Positions 1 to 8,610 of a DNA stretch of 25,806 bases are shown here, piece by piece. Under the pieces are notes generated by a model that was not told the DNA's origin, searched no databases, and saw nothing but the letters and a program-made list of their open reading frames with translations. The stretch's first letter is position 1, and every line of letters begins with the position of its first letter. Made by a program: the position numbers and the translations under genes. This DNA is from a virus (taxonomy: Duplodnaviria; Caudoviricetes), in the IMG/VR virus record IMGVR_UViG_3300044448_004934, positions 1-25,806 of that record; one strand, written 5' to 3'.

Positions 1-817
1 TACGATATGGCTCATCCTTCAAAAGAGCGGCAGGATAGACCTCCGACCCGACAGGCATATTTTGAGTCGTTCGCTGACTCGGGTAAATGTTCGAAGTTAA
101 TGTTGGTGGTGAAGTGATATTAAGTTGCCCATTGTTACCACTCGTTTGGACTGCTGAATTATAAGTTACAAAGAACTCGTCTGATGTATTCGCCGGTATA
201 CATCGAGCAAGCCCTAATTCCAATGATGCTGGAAACTTCCTTTGATGGTTTAAAAATCCTCGTATATCATCGACAGCGATAGCGGTTGGAAACGGAGCCG
301 ACCCGGTTGTATTCCAGTTTCCTGTCGTAAGTCCTTTCATTCTGGTCTGATAAAACCACTCGAATTGGTCGGGTAGTCCTGTCCCTGGTGTTCCGATTAC
401 ACCAGATAAACGTGAAGTCATGGCAGTAAGTAAATCAACAAAATCAAGTGTCCAACGTTCACCAAATCCATATATGTTTCGAAGTTGACCTATAGCTATT
501 CGCTCTTTAACTGAACCAAAATAACAATACAATTCCGCTAATGAGCCCTTTTTTACCTCCGGGTATATCGAGGTTATATCACCAACTACAGGCACCGAAA
601 ACGACCCGAATGTAACATTCCATGTTCCAGGAATTACACTGCATCCATTTATCCGTGGTCCGGTTTCATATATTTGTAATTTTTGACTGCTTTGAAAACC
701 ACCGACAATGGATATTGAACTACCTTGAAAATACCCGGTGTTCAAAAACTTTAATTCGTATTTCGGGGTGATTGCTCCACTATTGAGCGCATTAATAAAA
801 CCTGATGACCATGCCAT
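1..817 (-). CDS. Tail tip/baseplate-hub-like protein, truncated at the window edge (not in ORF track)
   Basis: ATG at 817 overlaps the TAA of the upstream ORF (TAATG). I translated an open frame to position 1 (MAWSSGFINALNSGAITPKYELKF...AALLKDEPYR). Function inferred from its position two genes after the tape measure. Confidence 0.6.
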   Translation of the reverse strand, partial: MAWSSGFINALNSGAITPKYELKFLNTGYFQGSSISIVGGFQSSQKLQIYETGPRINGCSVIPGTWNVTFGSFSVPVVGDITSIYPEVKKGSLAELYCYFGSVKERIAIGQLRNIYGFGERWTLDFVDLLTAMTSRLSGVIGTPGTGLPDQFEWFYQTRMKGLTTGNWNTTGSAPFPTAIAVDDIRGFLNHQRKFPASLELGLARCIPANTSDEFFVTYNSAVQTSGNNGQLNITSPPTLTSNIYPSQRTTQNMPVGSEVYPAALLKDEPYR

Positions 818-1695
818 TACATTCCCCAGTTCTGCCAATTATTCCACGGCATATTCGACGACGTTTCAAATGTATCTTCCAAAGTGGATGATATACCATT
901 ATCCAGATTTACCAATCCATCACCGAAAACGGTGGAAGGGTCAATAATTACACCTTCTGGTGTTAGTGAGTTATCATTTGTAGACGGTTCAAAATCTTCT
1001 TTGTTGGGGTGAAAACCATAAAGTAAATCATAGTCGGGTGTAAGTCTTATTTCCAAGCTCCAAGTCAACCCATGCTCATTTGTGATAATAGATTTGCCCC
1101 TATCGGCTTCCAGTCTTTTGAGGATAGGCCAAGTTCGGTACCAACGTAGATATGTCGGTCCGGGATAGGTGAAGTTAACACCACGTGCTAATGTAATCGT
1201 ACCACCATTCTGAAATGAAAAGCCACTACCAACACTGGCTATTTTGACAATTTCATAGATACCACCAGGGGGTGCGCTTTCCAATACGCAGTAAACATCG
1301 GCACCTGGCTTGTTGGTTATTCCCATACCCTGGAATGGGTTACCGTACACCTCAAGGGTTGTATCACCAGCGGATGGAGGACTTTTAACCGGATACACCC
1401 AATCCTCGTTAATCCCATTATCAGCAGTAAAATGTACCGAATATCCTCGGTCTAAATGATTTTGCAATGCAGCAAATTTATGGGCAAGTTCTTCTCCACC
1501 CTGCATCCGGTCTCTAATAATTGTTATGACCTCACGATTTAACATGGTTGATGTTCGAAGCTTACCATTCATCGTTTGACCGGTACTGGATTCATACTGC
1601 CAATCGCTATACAATTCCGCTAATTTTTCATTTAAATTAATTACAATTAATTGATTACCAATTGGCATCGGGTAAAATCTAAATAATGCACCCAT
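817..1695 (-). CDS. Tail tip protein (distal-tail position)
   Basis: 292 aa, GAGG RBS, beta-rich composition, lies directly after the tape measure gene. Function from synteny only. Confidence 0.55.
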   Translation of the reverse strand: MGALFRFYPMPIGNQLIVINLNEKLAELYSDWQYESSTGQTMNGKLRTSTMLNREVITIIRDRMQGGEELAHKFAALQNHLDRGYSVHFTADNGINEDWVYPVKSPPSAGDTTLEVYGNPFQGMGITNKPGADVYCVLESAPPGGIYEIVKIASVGSGFSFQNGGTITLARGVNFTYPGPTYLRWYRTWPILKRLEADRGKSIITNEHGLTWSLEIRLTPDYDLLYGFHPNKEDFEPSTNDNSLTPEGVIIDPSTVFGDGLVNLDNGISSTLEDTFETSSNMPWNNWQNWGM

Positions 1696-1704
1696 GATTG
1701 ACCT

Positions 1705-4401
1705 CTAAAATAATGTTGATTTTGCTGTACCGAAGTCTAAAAATTGCCGCTCTATTTTTCGGACAATTTCCTCGACTGCATTTCTCTCGACGATATCCGC
1801 ATTGACATTGATTGTAATACCACCACCTGATTGCTGACCCTGAATGATGCGGTTGATAGCCTGCGGCCTTGCACCACTTTCCGGCACTACAAACTCATTG
1901 CGGTGAAGCATAGCCAGACCATCAGACATACCGGTATATCGAATACCACTTCTTGCCGATATAAACCTACCACCAGTTCGTTTATCGTCACCTAAACCGA
2001 CAAATCCTTTAATGGCATCAACCGCTTTTGCAACACCACTTTTAACACCTTCCACAACTTCACCTGGTGTAACCGTTACTGCATCCTTGATAATTTGACC
2101 CAGCATTTTCAACCAATCGACAATACCCTTGCCCAAGGCACCAATCATACGACCCGGCAATAAAACAATAGCCTTGACAATTTCGTATGCTGCTTTCCAC
2201 ACAAGGGCGGGCATTATCTCCATTAGAATTACAGGTAATTCCGTCAATCCAAGTACTATTGCCTCGGTCATTTTTTCCGCTCTGTCTTTGACCATTGCCT
2301 CTCTTGCTTCTTTTTTGATTCGTGCTATTTCGGGAGAACTCAAACCATCCTCTATTGCCTTCTTTTCTTCGTCGCTAAGTCCTCGATTTAGCAATTCTTC
2401 TTGTCTGGCTATGAGTCTATCTATATGCTGTTGAAGAGCTGCATCCTCTGCTGCCATTAATTGATTTCCAAGACTTTCAAGGCTTCCAACCAAGGAAGCA
2501 ATCGAGCCGGCAACCGGACCAAGTGCCGGTGCCATGGCTGACACCAACCCAGCAGCACCACCGACAATATTACCACCGGCAATGTCCACCATAGTCGTCG
2601 ATATATCGATACCAAATTTTATATCGGATAGCTTTTTGGTTTTTCGTGCTGCTTCTTCGGCTTGTTTTCCCAACTCTTTCAATTTAGCAATTAATGGTTG
2701 AACTGCTTCTGTTCCATCATACCCAAGTGCTATCCATTCATTTTTTAAATCATCGACATTAAAATTTAAATCACTGACCTTTTCCAGCATTTTTTCGGTA
2801 TCAAAATCGCCGGTTTCCATTGCTTTTGCTATTTCTTTGGCTGTTTCATCGATTCGGTTATTTAATTTTTCATAATTATTATTTAATTTAGGTACAATTT
2901 CAGCAATATTTTCGAATACATCAAATAAGTTTTTTTGTGAATTAGCATAATTATCTACTGCTTTCTTATCTTCTTCTGTTGGACCGGTTGGGATAAATGG
3001 AACAAAATCTTTGCTTTTGCCCGGTTTTTTTCCTTGTCCTCTTTTCGTAGGTTTAAATCGTAAATCTTTACGGTCAACTAAATTACCCCAAACTTCATCA
3101 AATGTACTTTCAGCAGCGGATATATTACGTTCATGTTCATCCATTAAATGTCGAGTTGCCATATCCTTATAGATTTGCATTTCTTTACTTTTATAATCTT
3201 CCCGGCCTTTTCTTCTTTCCAATCTCGCTATATGCTCTGGTTCTCCTAAATCAGGATAAAGATCATAACCTTTGTCTTTAATTTTCTTATCCATTTTAGC
3301 AATTTTCTTATGTGCTTTATTAAGAAAATGCAAAGGGTCTTCCAATGCTTTTAAAACATTATTATATTCTTCATCACTAAGGTGGACGGGTTGTACCATA
3401 TCCAATGCGCCATACCCAGGACCAAGTGGTGCGCTAGTTATACCTGGTACATCTGGGAGCGTAAAATCTCCTGTTATGATATTTGCAGCGGTTTGCATAC
3501 CTTCAAGAATTGGTGCAAATTGCTGACCAATCCACCGAAACCATTCAACTATTGCTTCGGAATAATATTTCATATCGCTTGCAATTATGGACATGGCTTT
3601 ACCGATACTTTTTTCGCCGGTCAAACCAACAAATATATCACCGATTGAGCCCATGATACTTGTTTTTAATTCAGCCCATCCCCGTTGGAACTCTGCCGCT
3701 TTTTTTATGGCATTTTCATCCAATGCGGGGCCGATTGATTCCGCTCTTTTCTTGAACTCATCCAGGTTTTCTAATGCACCACTCTGAATTAGTGCCGCAC
3801 CAGCTTCCTGGCCGAATATTTGATAGGCATAAGCTGATTGGGTTGCTTTATCGGTTATAGCTCCTAATTTTAAAACTGTTTCCTCGAAAACTGCATTAGT
3901 GTTTCGAAGTTTTCCTGCATTATCCTGTACCGATACACCAAGACCATCGAAAAACTTTCTGGTGCGTGATGTCTTTTCCATCGCCTCGGTCAATTTTGGA
4001 ATAAAACCATTTAGGCTTGTTTCAATCGATGAAAAGGCAATACCACTTGATTCCGCTGCGAGTTTTAACCCGGCTAAATTTTTAACGGCGATTCCGGTAC
4101 GAGCAGAAGTATCAGCTATCGAATTAACATAATCAGCCTGCTGTTTCATCAGAGCAAAAATACCGACTCCAGCAGCACCGGCAGCAATTCCCAAGGTAGT
4201 CAAACCACCTTTTAATGCCGCCATTGCAGCCCTTGCTTTTTTTGCACCACCAGCAAGTTTAGCCATTGCCAATTTGCCTTTCTTTCCAGTCTTGTCTAAA
4301 TCTTTCTGTGTTTTCTTTAAATCACCAGATAACTTTTTTAGATTTACCTTACCTTTTTTCGTATCGATTTTTATGATGTATTCGACAACGTTGTCAGCCA
4401 T
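1705..4401 (-). CDS. Tail tape measure protein
   Basis: 898 aa, Ala/Gly/Lys-rich and helical. N-terminal 'VEYIIKIDTK', C-terminal 'GLAMLHRNEFVVP...ITINVNA' typical of TMPs. Follows the tail chaperones. Confidence 0.92.
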   Translation of the reverse strand: MADNVVEYIIKIDTKKGKVNLKKLSGDLKKTQKDLDKTGKKGKLAMAKLAGGAKKARAAMAALKGGLTTLGIAAGAAGVGIFALMKQQADYVNSIADTSARTGIAVKNLAGLKLAAESSGIAFSSIETSLNGFIPKLTEAMEKTSRTRKFFDGLGVSVQDNAGKLRNTNAVFEETVLKLGAITDKATQSAYAYQIFGQEAGAALIQSGALENLDEFKKRAESIGPALDENAIKKAAEFQRGWAELKTSIMGSIGDIFVGLTGEKSIGKAMSIIASDMKYYSEAIVEWFRWIGQQFAPILEGMQTAANIITGDFTLPDVPGITSAPLGPGYGALDMVQPVHLSDEEYNNVLKALEDPLHFLNKAHKKIAKMDKKIKDKGYDLYPDLGEPEHIARLERRKGREDYKSKEMQIYKDMATRHLMDEHERNISAAESTFDEVWGNLVDRKDLRFKPTKRGQGKKPGKSKDFVPFIPTGPTEEDKKAVDNYANSQKNLFDVFENIAEIVPKLNNNYEKLNNRIDETAKEIAKAMETGDFDTEKMLEKVSDLNFNVDDLKNEWIALGYDGTEAVQPLIAKLKELGKQAEEAARKTKKLSDIKFGIDISTTMVDIAGGNIVGGAAGLVSAMAPALGPVAGSIASLVGSLESLGNQLMAAEDAALQQHIDRLIARQEELLNRGLSDEEKKAIEDGLSSPEIARIKKEAREAMVKDRAEKMTEAIVLGLTELPVILMEIMPALVWKAAYEIVKAIVLLPGRMIGALGKGIVDWLKMLGQIIKDAVTVTPGEVVEGVKSGVAKAVDAIKGFVGLGDDKRTGGRFISARSGIRYTGMSDGLAMLHRNEFVVPESGARPQAINRIIQGQQSGGGITINVNADIVERNAVEEIVRKIERQFLDFGTAKSTLF

Positions 4402-4429
4402 TTGAGTTCTCCCGAAATGGAAAATTCAA

Positions 4430-4651
4430 TCAAGGAGAATTAACCAAATCCATAATACTGATATTCGGAAATAACATAGCCTTTTTTCGGGTTGATTGTC
4501 GCATAGCCTTTTCCAATCTAACTGCTTTTGTCCTCAGGCACTGATAATTAAATAGCAGTTCAGTCCAAGTTAATTTAAGCAAATCAGAAGGTAGACAATT
4601 GTAATTAGTGGCCATAACATCAAGCACGTCAAATATCGTTTCATCTTCTTC
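4430..4651 (-). CDS. Tail assembly chaperone, gpT-like extension, probably translated by +1 frameshift from the upstream ORF
   Basis: 'NCLPSDLLKLTWTELL' resembles gpT/gpGT C-terminal motifs. The frame stays open upstream of the GTG at 4627 back past the upstream ORF's CTT TGA, and the GTG has no SD of its own. Confidence 0.7.
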   Translation of the reverse strand, partial: EEDETIFDVLDVMATNYNCLPSDLLKLTWTELLFNYQCLRTKAVRLEKAMRQSTRKKAMLFPNISIMDLVNSP

Positions 4652-4664
4652 AAAGTGCCCTCCT
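4650..4664 (-). other. Programmed +1 ribosomal frameshift signal, prfB-like (AGG AGG GCA CTT TGA)
   Basis: SD-like AGGAGG, 3-nt spacer, then CTT TGA: the same layout as prfB AGG GGG TAT CTT TGA. The +1 frame is the downstream gpT-like ORF. Confidence 0.7.
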
Positions 4665-5147
4665 TAAAGCATCGGCCGCTTTTTTATGCCCGATTAGGCA
4701 GAGTTCAATCATTTGTTTTCGGTCTTCTTCCGTAAACATTCCTACCCAAAGACGGTTATTTTTACTGCATTGTCTTTTTTCATCCAGAACAACAGTAAAA
4801 TCCTGCCATTTTTCGCCTTTATCCATGGATGCCCTGGTGATACAACGACATAGTACTTTATCCTGGTTTTCGGCCATTTGTAATATCTTGTCAGCATCGA
4901 AGTTTTTTAATGCGTTAAATAATTCCTCGGCATTATCTTCGTTTACTTCATCATTACCCTTTCCAGCTTTCTGAATGGTTATTAAGTCCTCTTTGTTGGC
5001 TATCCCAGATGCTATTAGTGCGGAGCTTATACCAACCGTTTGAGATTCAACGGGGGATAGTATCCTGCCCTCGACAATCAATTTTCCCTCAAAGGCTGGG
5101 TAAGTCCATCGGGAGTTACCAATTATTTCTTTCATAAATGCTTGCAT
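4650..5147 (-). CDS. Tail assembly chaperone, gpG-like
   Basis: Lies between tail tube and TMP. Likely start is the ATG at 5147 (AGGTGG RBS 5 nt upstream), giving 165 aa; the ORF track starts at GTG 5156. Confidence 0.8.
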   Translation of the reverse strand: MQAFMKEIIGNSRWTYPAFEGKLIVEGRILSPVESQTVGISSALIASGIANKEDLITIQKAGKGNDEVNEDNAEELFNALKNFDADKILQMAENQDKVLCRCITRASMDKGEKWQDFTVVLDEKRQCSKNNRLWVGMFTEEDRKQMIELCLIGHKKAADALRRAL

Positions 5148-5214
5148 TATTTCCACCTAATTTTTGCATTATTATATTTTTTCATTAATTTAAATAAAGA
5201 TAATTAATATCTAC

Positions 5215-5282
5215 ATGGTATTTGAACAGGTACCATTTTTCAATCTTCCGTGAGTCTACCAGGGTTTACGGAGGATTTTTTT
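5215..5282 (+). ncRNA. Candidate small structured RNA / antisense intrinsic terminator
   Basis: Two hairpins (5215-5236 and 5242-5277) whose G-U pairs form only on the + strand. The second is followed by a T run. Confidence 0.4.
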
Positions 5283-6228
5283 AATTGGCCACAGCAGATG
5301 AATCGCCATTAATAACCAATATTTTTACGGCTCCAGGCTGTACGGCATCAGCAAAACCCTTGAAAGTCGCTGTTCGCTCGAGCCTTCCGGCGGTTGTTAT
5401 GTCGTCGTTGTACTCCATACAGACAGCATTATATAGGTATATCTGAAACTCGTCAGCACCACTAGTGAAGGTAAAAGAAAGATCTGCAGAAGTGCCGTCC
5501 AAATGTGCATCATAAATATTCTGATCTTCAAGTCCACATGTGACTGTCAATGTACATTCGCGAATATCATTTACATCAGGCGAACTAGTGAGAGTAGACC
5601 CAAGGGTGTAACGAGTTTCTAGCTTATTGTCGATTGTCAATTCGAAATTATACAAATCATAATTAACCGAATTGTAATTCATTTGTCCCGCTTCGTAATG
5701 ATATACTTGTGCGCCATCACCATAAGTCGCGGTAATCCCAGATGTTCTTGCATTAGATGTTTGAGCGATAATATCCATGCTAAGTTTGGCCTCTTCACCG
5801 GCAGTGGCTGAGATTGTCATGCTTGATACCATACACCCCTTGAATTGCTCCATCTTACCACTACCACGTTGAAACTTTATACCAAATGTCGGTAAATCGG
5901 TAGTATCGGCAGCATATTGATGTGTATAGGGTCCACTACCAGAACTTGATACACTTCCAAGAGCATATTTAAGCCATACACCTATGCCCTCGTATTGTAA
6001 TGGTACCTCTACCGTTCCAGATGCAAGCGTTGAAACCTTGAATTGGCCTCGTGCAAATCCTCCATCGGTGGTGGTCAGTACCGACGTCTGTACCCGCTCC
6101 TCAACCCTTTTAAGGGTACACGAGAAAATTCTGTTATATACGTCGAAGGTACCGGTACCATCACCATAGGTACTTTCAACTGTTGATGCGACATTTACAA
6201 ATGCGTTACGTCCGAATTCTAAAGGCAT
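5281..6228 (-). CDS. Major tail tube protein
   Basis: 315 aa, 'ESTYG' near the N-terminus, 'FKGCMVSSMTIS', 'FELTIDNKLE'. AGGAG RBS; precedes the chaperones and TMP. Confidence 0.88.
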   Translation of the reverse strand: MPLEFGRNAFVNVASTVESTYGDGTGTFDVYNRIFSCTLKRVEERVQTSVLTTTDGGFARGQFKVSTLASGTVEVPLQYEGIGVWLKYALGSVSSSGSGPYTHQYAADTTDLPTFGIKFQRGSGKMEQFKGCMVSSMTISATAGEEAKLSMDIIAQTSNARTSGITATYGDGAQVYHYEAGQMNYNSVNYDLYNFELTIDNKLETRYTLGSTLTSSPDVNDIRECTLTVTCGLEDQNIYDAHLDGTSADLSFTFTSGADEFQIYLYNAVCMEYNDDITTAGRLERTATFKGFADAVQPGAVKILVINGDSSAVAN

Positions 6229-6237
6229 TTTTTACTC

Positions 6238-7020
6238 CTAATCAGTTAATGGAAATAAGTTTCTTGTCTGTAATGTAGCATTGAGACTCAACTTTTGGTT
6301 AAAATTTGTTCCGTGGGTTTGCACGATAAGATTAACAGTGTAATCAGCGTTATTTGTTCCTTCTGCCACACATACACCGACCCATCCAGGAATAATAACG
6401 GTTAATTCTTCCCTCAGTCTATCTGTATGTGTACTACCAGCCGAATCATAACTAAACATCTGCACATATTGTATTGCTTCAAAATCAAGCTTACCATTAT
6501 AGGGCTGCAGTCTTTTGGCCAATAACGAAGAGACTCTAAACCAGATGTAAACATCATCGGTTGGTGTCTTCTGAAATACCGCACTCGGTGTTCTCGTACC
6601 ACTTCTTGGGATAGGGTCGCCGACCACTCTAAGTGACGGCGCATTTAAATGGATTTTACCAGTCTTTACACCCGATGGGCTAAAACTGCTACCAAGGCTC
6701 GATGCCTGGTCTGGGTTATTCCAATAGAGCCAGACAACCGATATGCTGTTTCGATTACCAAAAGTTACATTATCAAGGTCTATAGTACAAACCCGATTGG
6801 TTTTGCTAAAAGATGCTGCCTGAATCTGAAAAGTCAATAGACTACCAAGCCCATCAGCGACGATAATATCGAATCCATCTGCCCTGATATTTTCCCAAAA
6901 ATCGTCGAAGTCCGCAGGGACGGAGAACTCGACATCCTCTGCCCCAGATGTTTCGGCTCCACCCAATACATTAACGGTAACAGGCCATCGTGATTTCCAA
7001 TTTGAATTATACCAGGTCAT
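6238..7020 (-). CDS. Virion protein: DUF2341-like N-terminal domain plus fibre-adaptor-like C-terminal domain
   Basis: 'WYNSNWKSRWPVTV...ADGFDIIVAD...LTFQI...WLYWNNP' matches the DUF2341 pattern from memory. C-terminal 'KTPTDD...EGTNNADYTVNLIVQT'. Confidence 0.5.
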   Translation of the reverse strand: MTWYNSNWKSRWPVTVNVLGGAETSGAEDVEFSVPADFDDFWENIRADGFDIIVADGLGSLLTFQIQAASFSKTNRVCTIDLDNVTFGNRNSISVVWLYWNNPDQASSLGSSFSPSGVKTGKIHLNAPSLRVVGDPIPRSGTRTPSAVFQKTPTDDVYIWFRVSSLLAKRLQPYNGKLDFEAIQYVQMFSYDSAGSTHTDRLREELTVIIPGWVGVCVAEGTNNADYTVNLIVQTHGTNFNQKLSLNATLQTRNLFPLTD

Positions 7021-7023
7021 TTA

Positions 7024-7476
7024 TTAACTCCCATCATCGCTACGGTATGAAACAGTTACTTTGACATAGCCGATACCGCAACCCTCGACACCAAATGAAT
7101 CGCCTTCGATGGCTGTAAAATCGCATTTAACATCGTCAACCAATGCACCCAGGGATAACTGTCTATTTGCCGTTATTGCCTTGATGAAGTCACTACAAAC
7201 GTTAAGTGCAGCATCGGAACGACTAATAGGGTTTTTGCCATTAACGAAAGCGTAAATCTCAAATATTGCCTTGCCCTGATATTTTCCCATAGTCGGACCA
7301 AAGTCCTCCATTGAATCCACAAACCGAATACAGGCACGTGGAACCATTATCGGCTCGGGTTCAATGCCTCTTATCACTCGGTTTGTAAAGTCAATCGCTG
7401 AATATCCACCAGCAAAATCAACTGCCGTTAACTCTGCTAATTTTTTATGGATTTGAACTATTCGACTATCGGCCAT
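7024..7476 (-). CDS. Tail completion/terminator protein
   Basis: 150 aa, position before the tail tube, 'ANRQLSLGALV...VKVTVSYR' pattern. Confidence 0.65.
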   Translation of the reverse strand: MADSRIVQIHKKLAELTAVDFAGGYSAIDFTNRVIRGIEPEPIMVPRACIRFVDSMEDFGPTMGKYQGKAIFEIYAFVNGKNPISRSDAALNVCSDFIKAITANRQLSLGALVDDVKCDFTAIEGDSFGVEGCGIGYVKVTVSYRSDDGS

Positions 7477-7922
7477 TATTCATTCTCAAGAAAATCTTTT
7501 AAAATTTCAGACATAAATTTATAATCATTGTCGGCTGTACTCATACGATCCGACACCGGGAATACACCATGCCCCGGTGACCCTGCACCGATTGAGCGAC
7601 CCTTCTGCCAGTTGTAAACCGTTCGATTCATATATAGCCGACGTTGCATAAAAATAGTGCCAAACTCGACATAGGAAGCATATTTAATATTATTTCCAGC
7701 AGTTAATAATATTTCTTTACCTCCTGCTGTTCTTCTTTCCTCTGCCTTGATGCTTCGGAAAAGATTACCAGTCCGGTAATTAGGCCAACCTGTTTGACTT
7801 ACTTCCAACCTTGCCCGATTGACTAAATCATTTTTTACTATTCCAGGCTTTTGAAACAGGTTCTGTATTGTTTCCCCTTTACGCTTGATTGATGCTATGA
7901 ATTGTTCGTATGTCATTTTCAT
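7476..7922 (-). CDS. HK97 gp10-like neck/tail component
   Basis: Motifs 'RTGNLFRSI' and 'YASYVEFGT..M..RLYM'. Confidence 0.8.
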   Translation of the reverse strand: MKMTYEQFIASIKRKGETIQNLFQKPGIVKNDLVNRARLEVSQTGWPNYRTGNLFRSIKAEERRTAGGKEILLTAGNNIKYASYVEFGTIFMQRRLYMNRTVYNWQKGRSIGAGSPGHGVFPVSDRMSTADNDYKFMSEILKDFLENE

Positions 7923-8536
7923 AGTATCGTACCAGGGACTCTATAAGGATAGAGAAATTCTTTAACTTCATCAGGTAGAGATTTCTTCGATAGTTGGACA
8001 CTACCTGCCCTGGTATTGATAGACGACTTACCTTGGGTCTGCTTATTACGATGAAGCTGCGAAGCATAAACACAAATCGCATGCTCTAAATCACCCGGTA
8101 ATGTTCCAGCCGTAAACCCTGCCGTGCAAGTGACCTTATTTGACCTTTTTCCATTGCTAAAAGACCTCGATATATTCGGAGGCAGTAAAGATACCCGACC
8201 CAATGATTTATTTAATTCATAATTTGAAGCATCAATTAAAGTGGCTTCTGTATATTCTCTGCCGCTATCGCTATATATTGATGTAATCGCCGTGACTGGT
8301 GTAATAGGCAATTGAAGTGTATATTCATCCGTTGACATAGGGCTATCAACATATAACGTATATGTGCTGCTTTCCAGGGTTGGTGATAAAGCCGAATCTA
8401 ACAAAGGAAAACCGAGATAATTAGCGATACCTTTCTCCACCCTATCCAACAAATTACCAAGCTCCGTATCGATTTCGGTATTCGATGCGATTTCTGGCAG
8501 GTATTCACGAAGTGTCGAAACAGTAACAAGGCTCAT
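7919..8536 (-). CDS. Head-tail connector/adaptor (gp6-like)
   Basis: 'LVTVSTLREYL...DTELGNLL', 'LPITPVTAITSI', 'VTCTAGF...LPGDLEHAI...LPDEVKEFLYPYR'. Immediately after the capsid gene. Confidence 0.85.
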   Translation of the reverse strand: MSLVTVSTLREYLPEIASNTEIDTELGNLLDRVEKGIANYLGFPLLDSALSPTLESSTYTLYVDSPMSTDEYTLQLPITPVTAITSIYSDSGREYTEATLIDASNYELNKSLGRVSLLPPNISRSFSNGKRSNKVTCTAGFTAGTLPGDLEHAICVYASQLHRNKQTQGKSSINTRAGSVQLSKKSLPDEVKEFLYPYRVPGTIL

Positions 8537-8559
8537 TTTATACTCAAATAGAAGAACTT

Positions 8560-8599
8560 AAAAAAAGGGCAGATACACATTCACCTGCATATCTGCCCC
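8560..8599 (-). terminator. Intrinsic terminator after the major capsid gene
   Basis: GGGCAGATATGCA-ggtgaa-TGTGTATCTGCCC-TTTTTTT on the minus strand. Confidence 0.85.
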
Positions 8600-8610
8600 A
8601 CACCATTTAA

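Noticed and set aside
4570-4690. Canonical -1 frameshift at AAAAAAG in the chaperone, or a -1-frame hydrophobic peptide (MKRYLTCLMLW...)
   Set aside because: The A run is out of phase for A AAA AAG. The -1 frame closes after about 25 codons and lacks the gpT-like motif found in the +1 frame. Initiation from AGGAGG at a TTG is not fully excluded.
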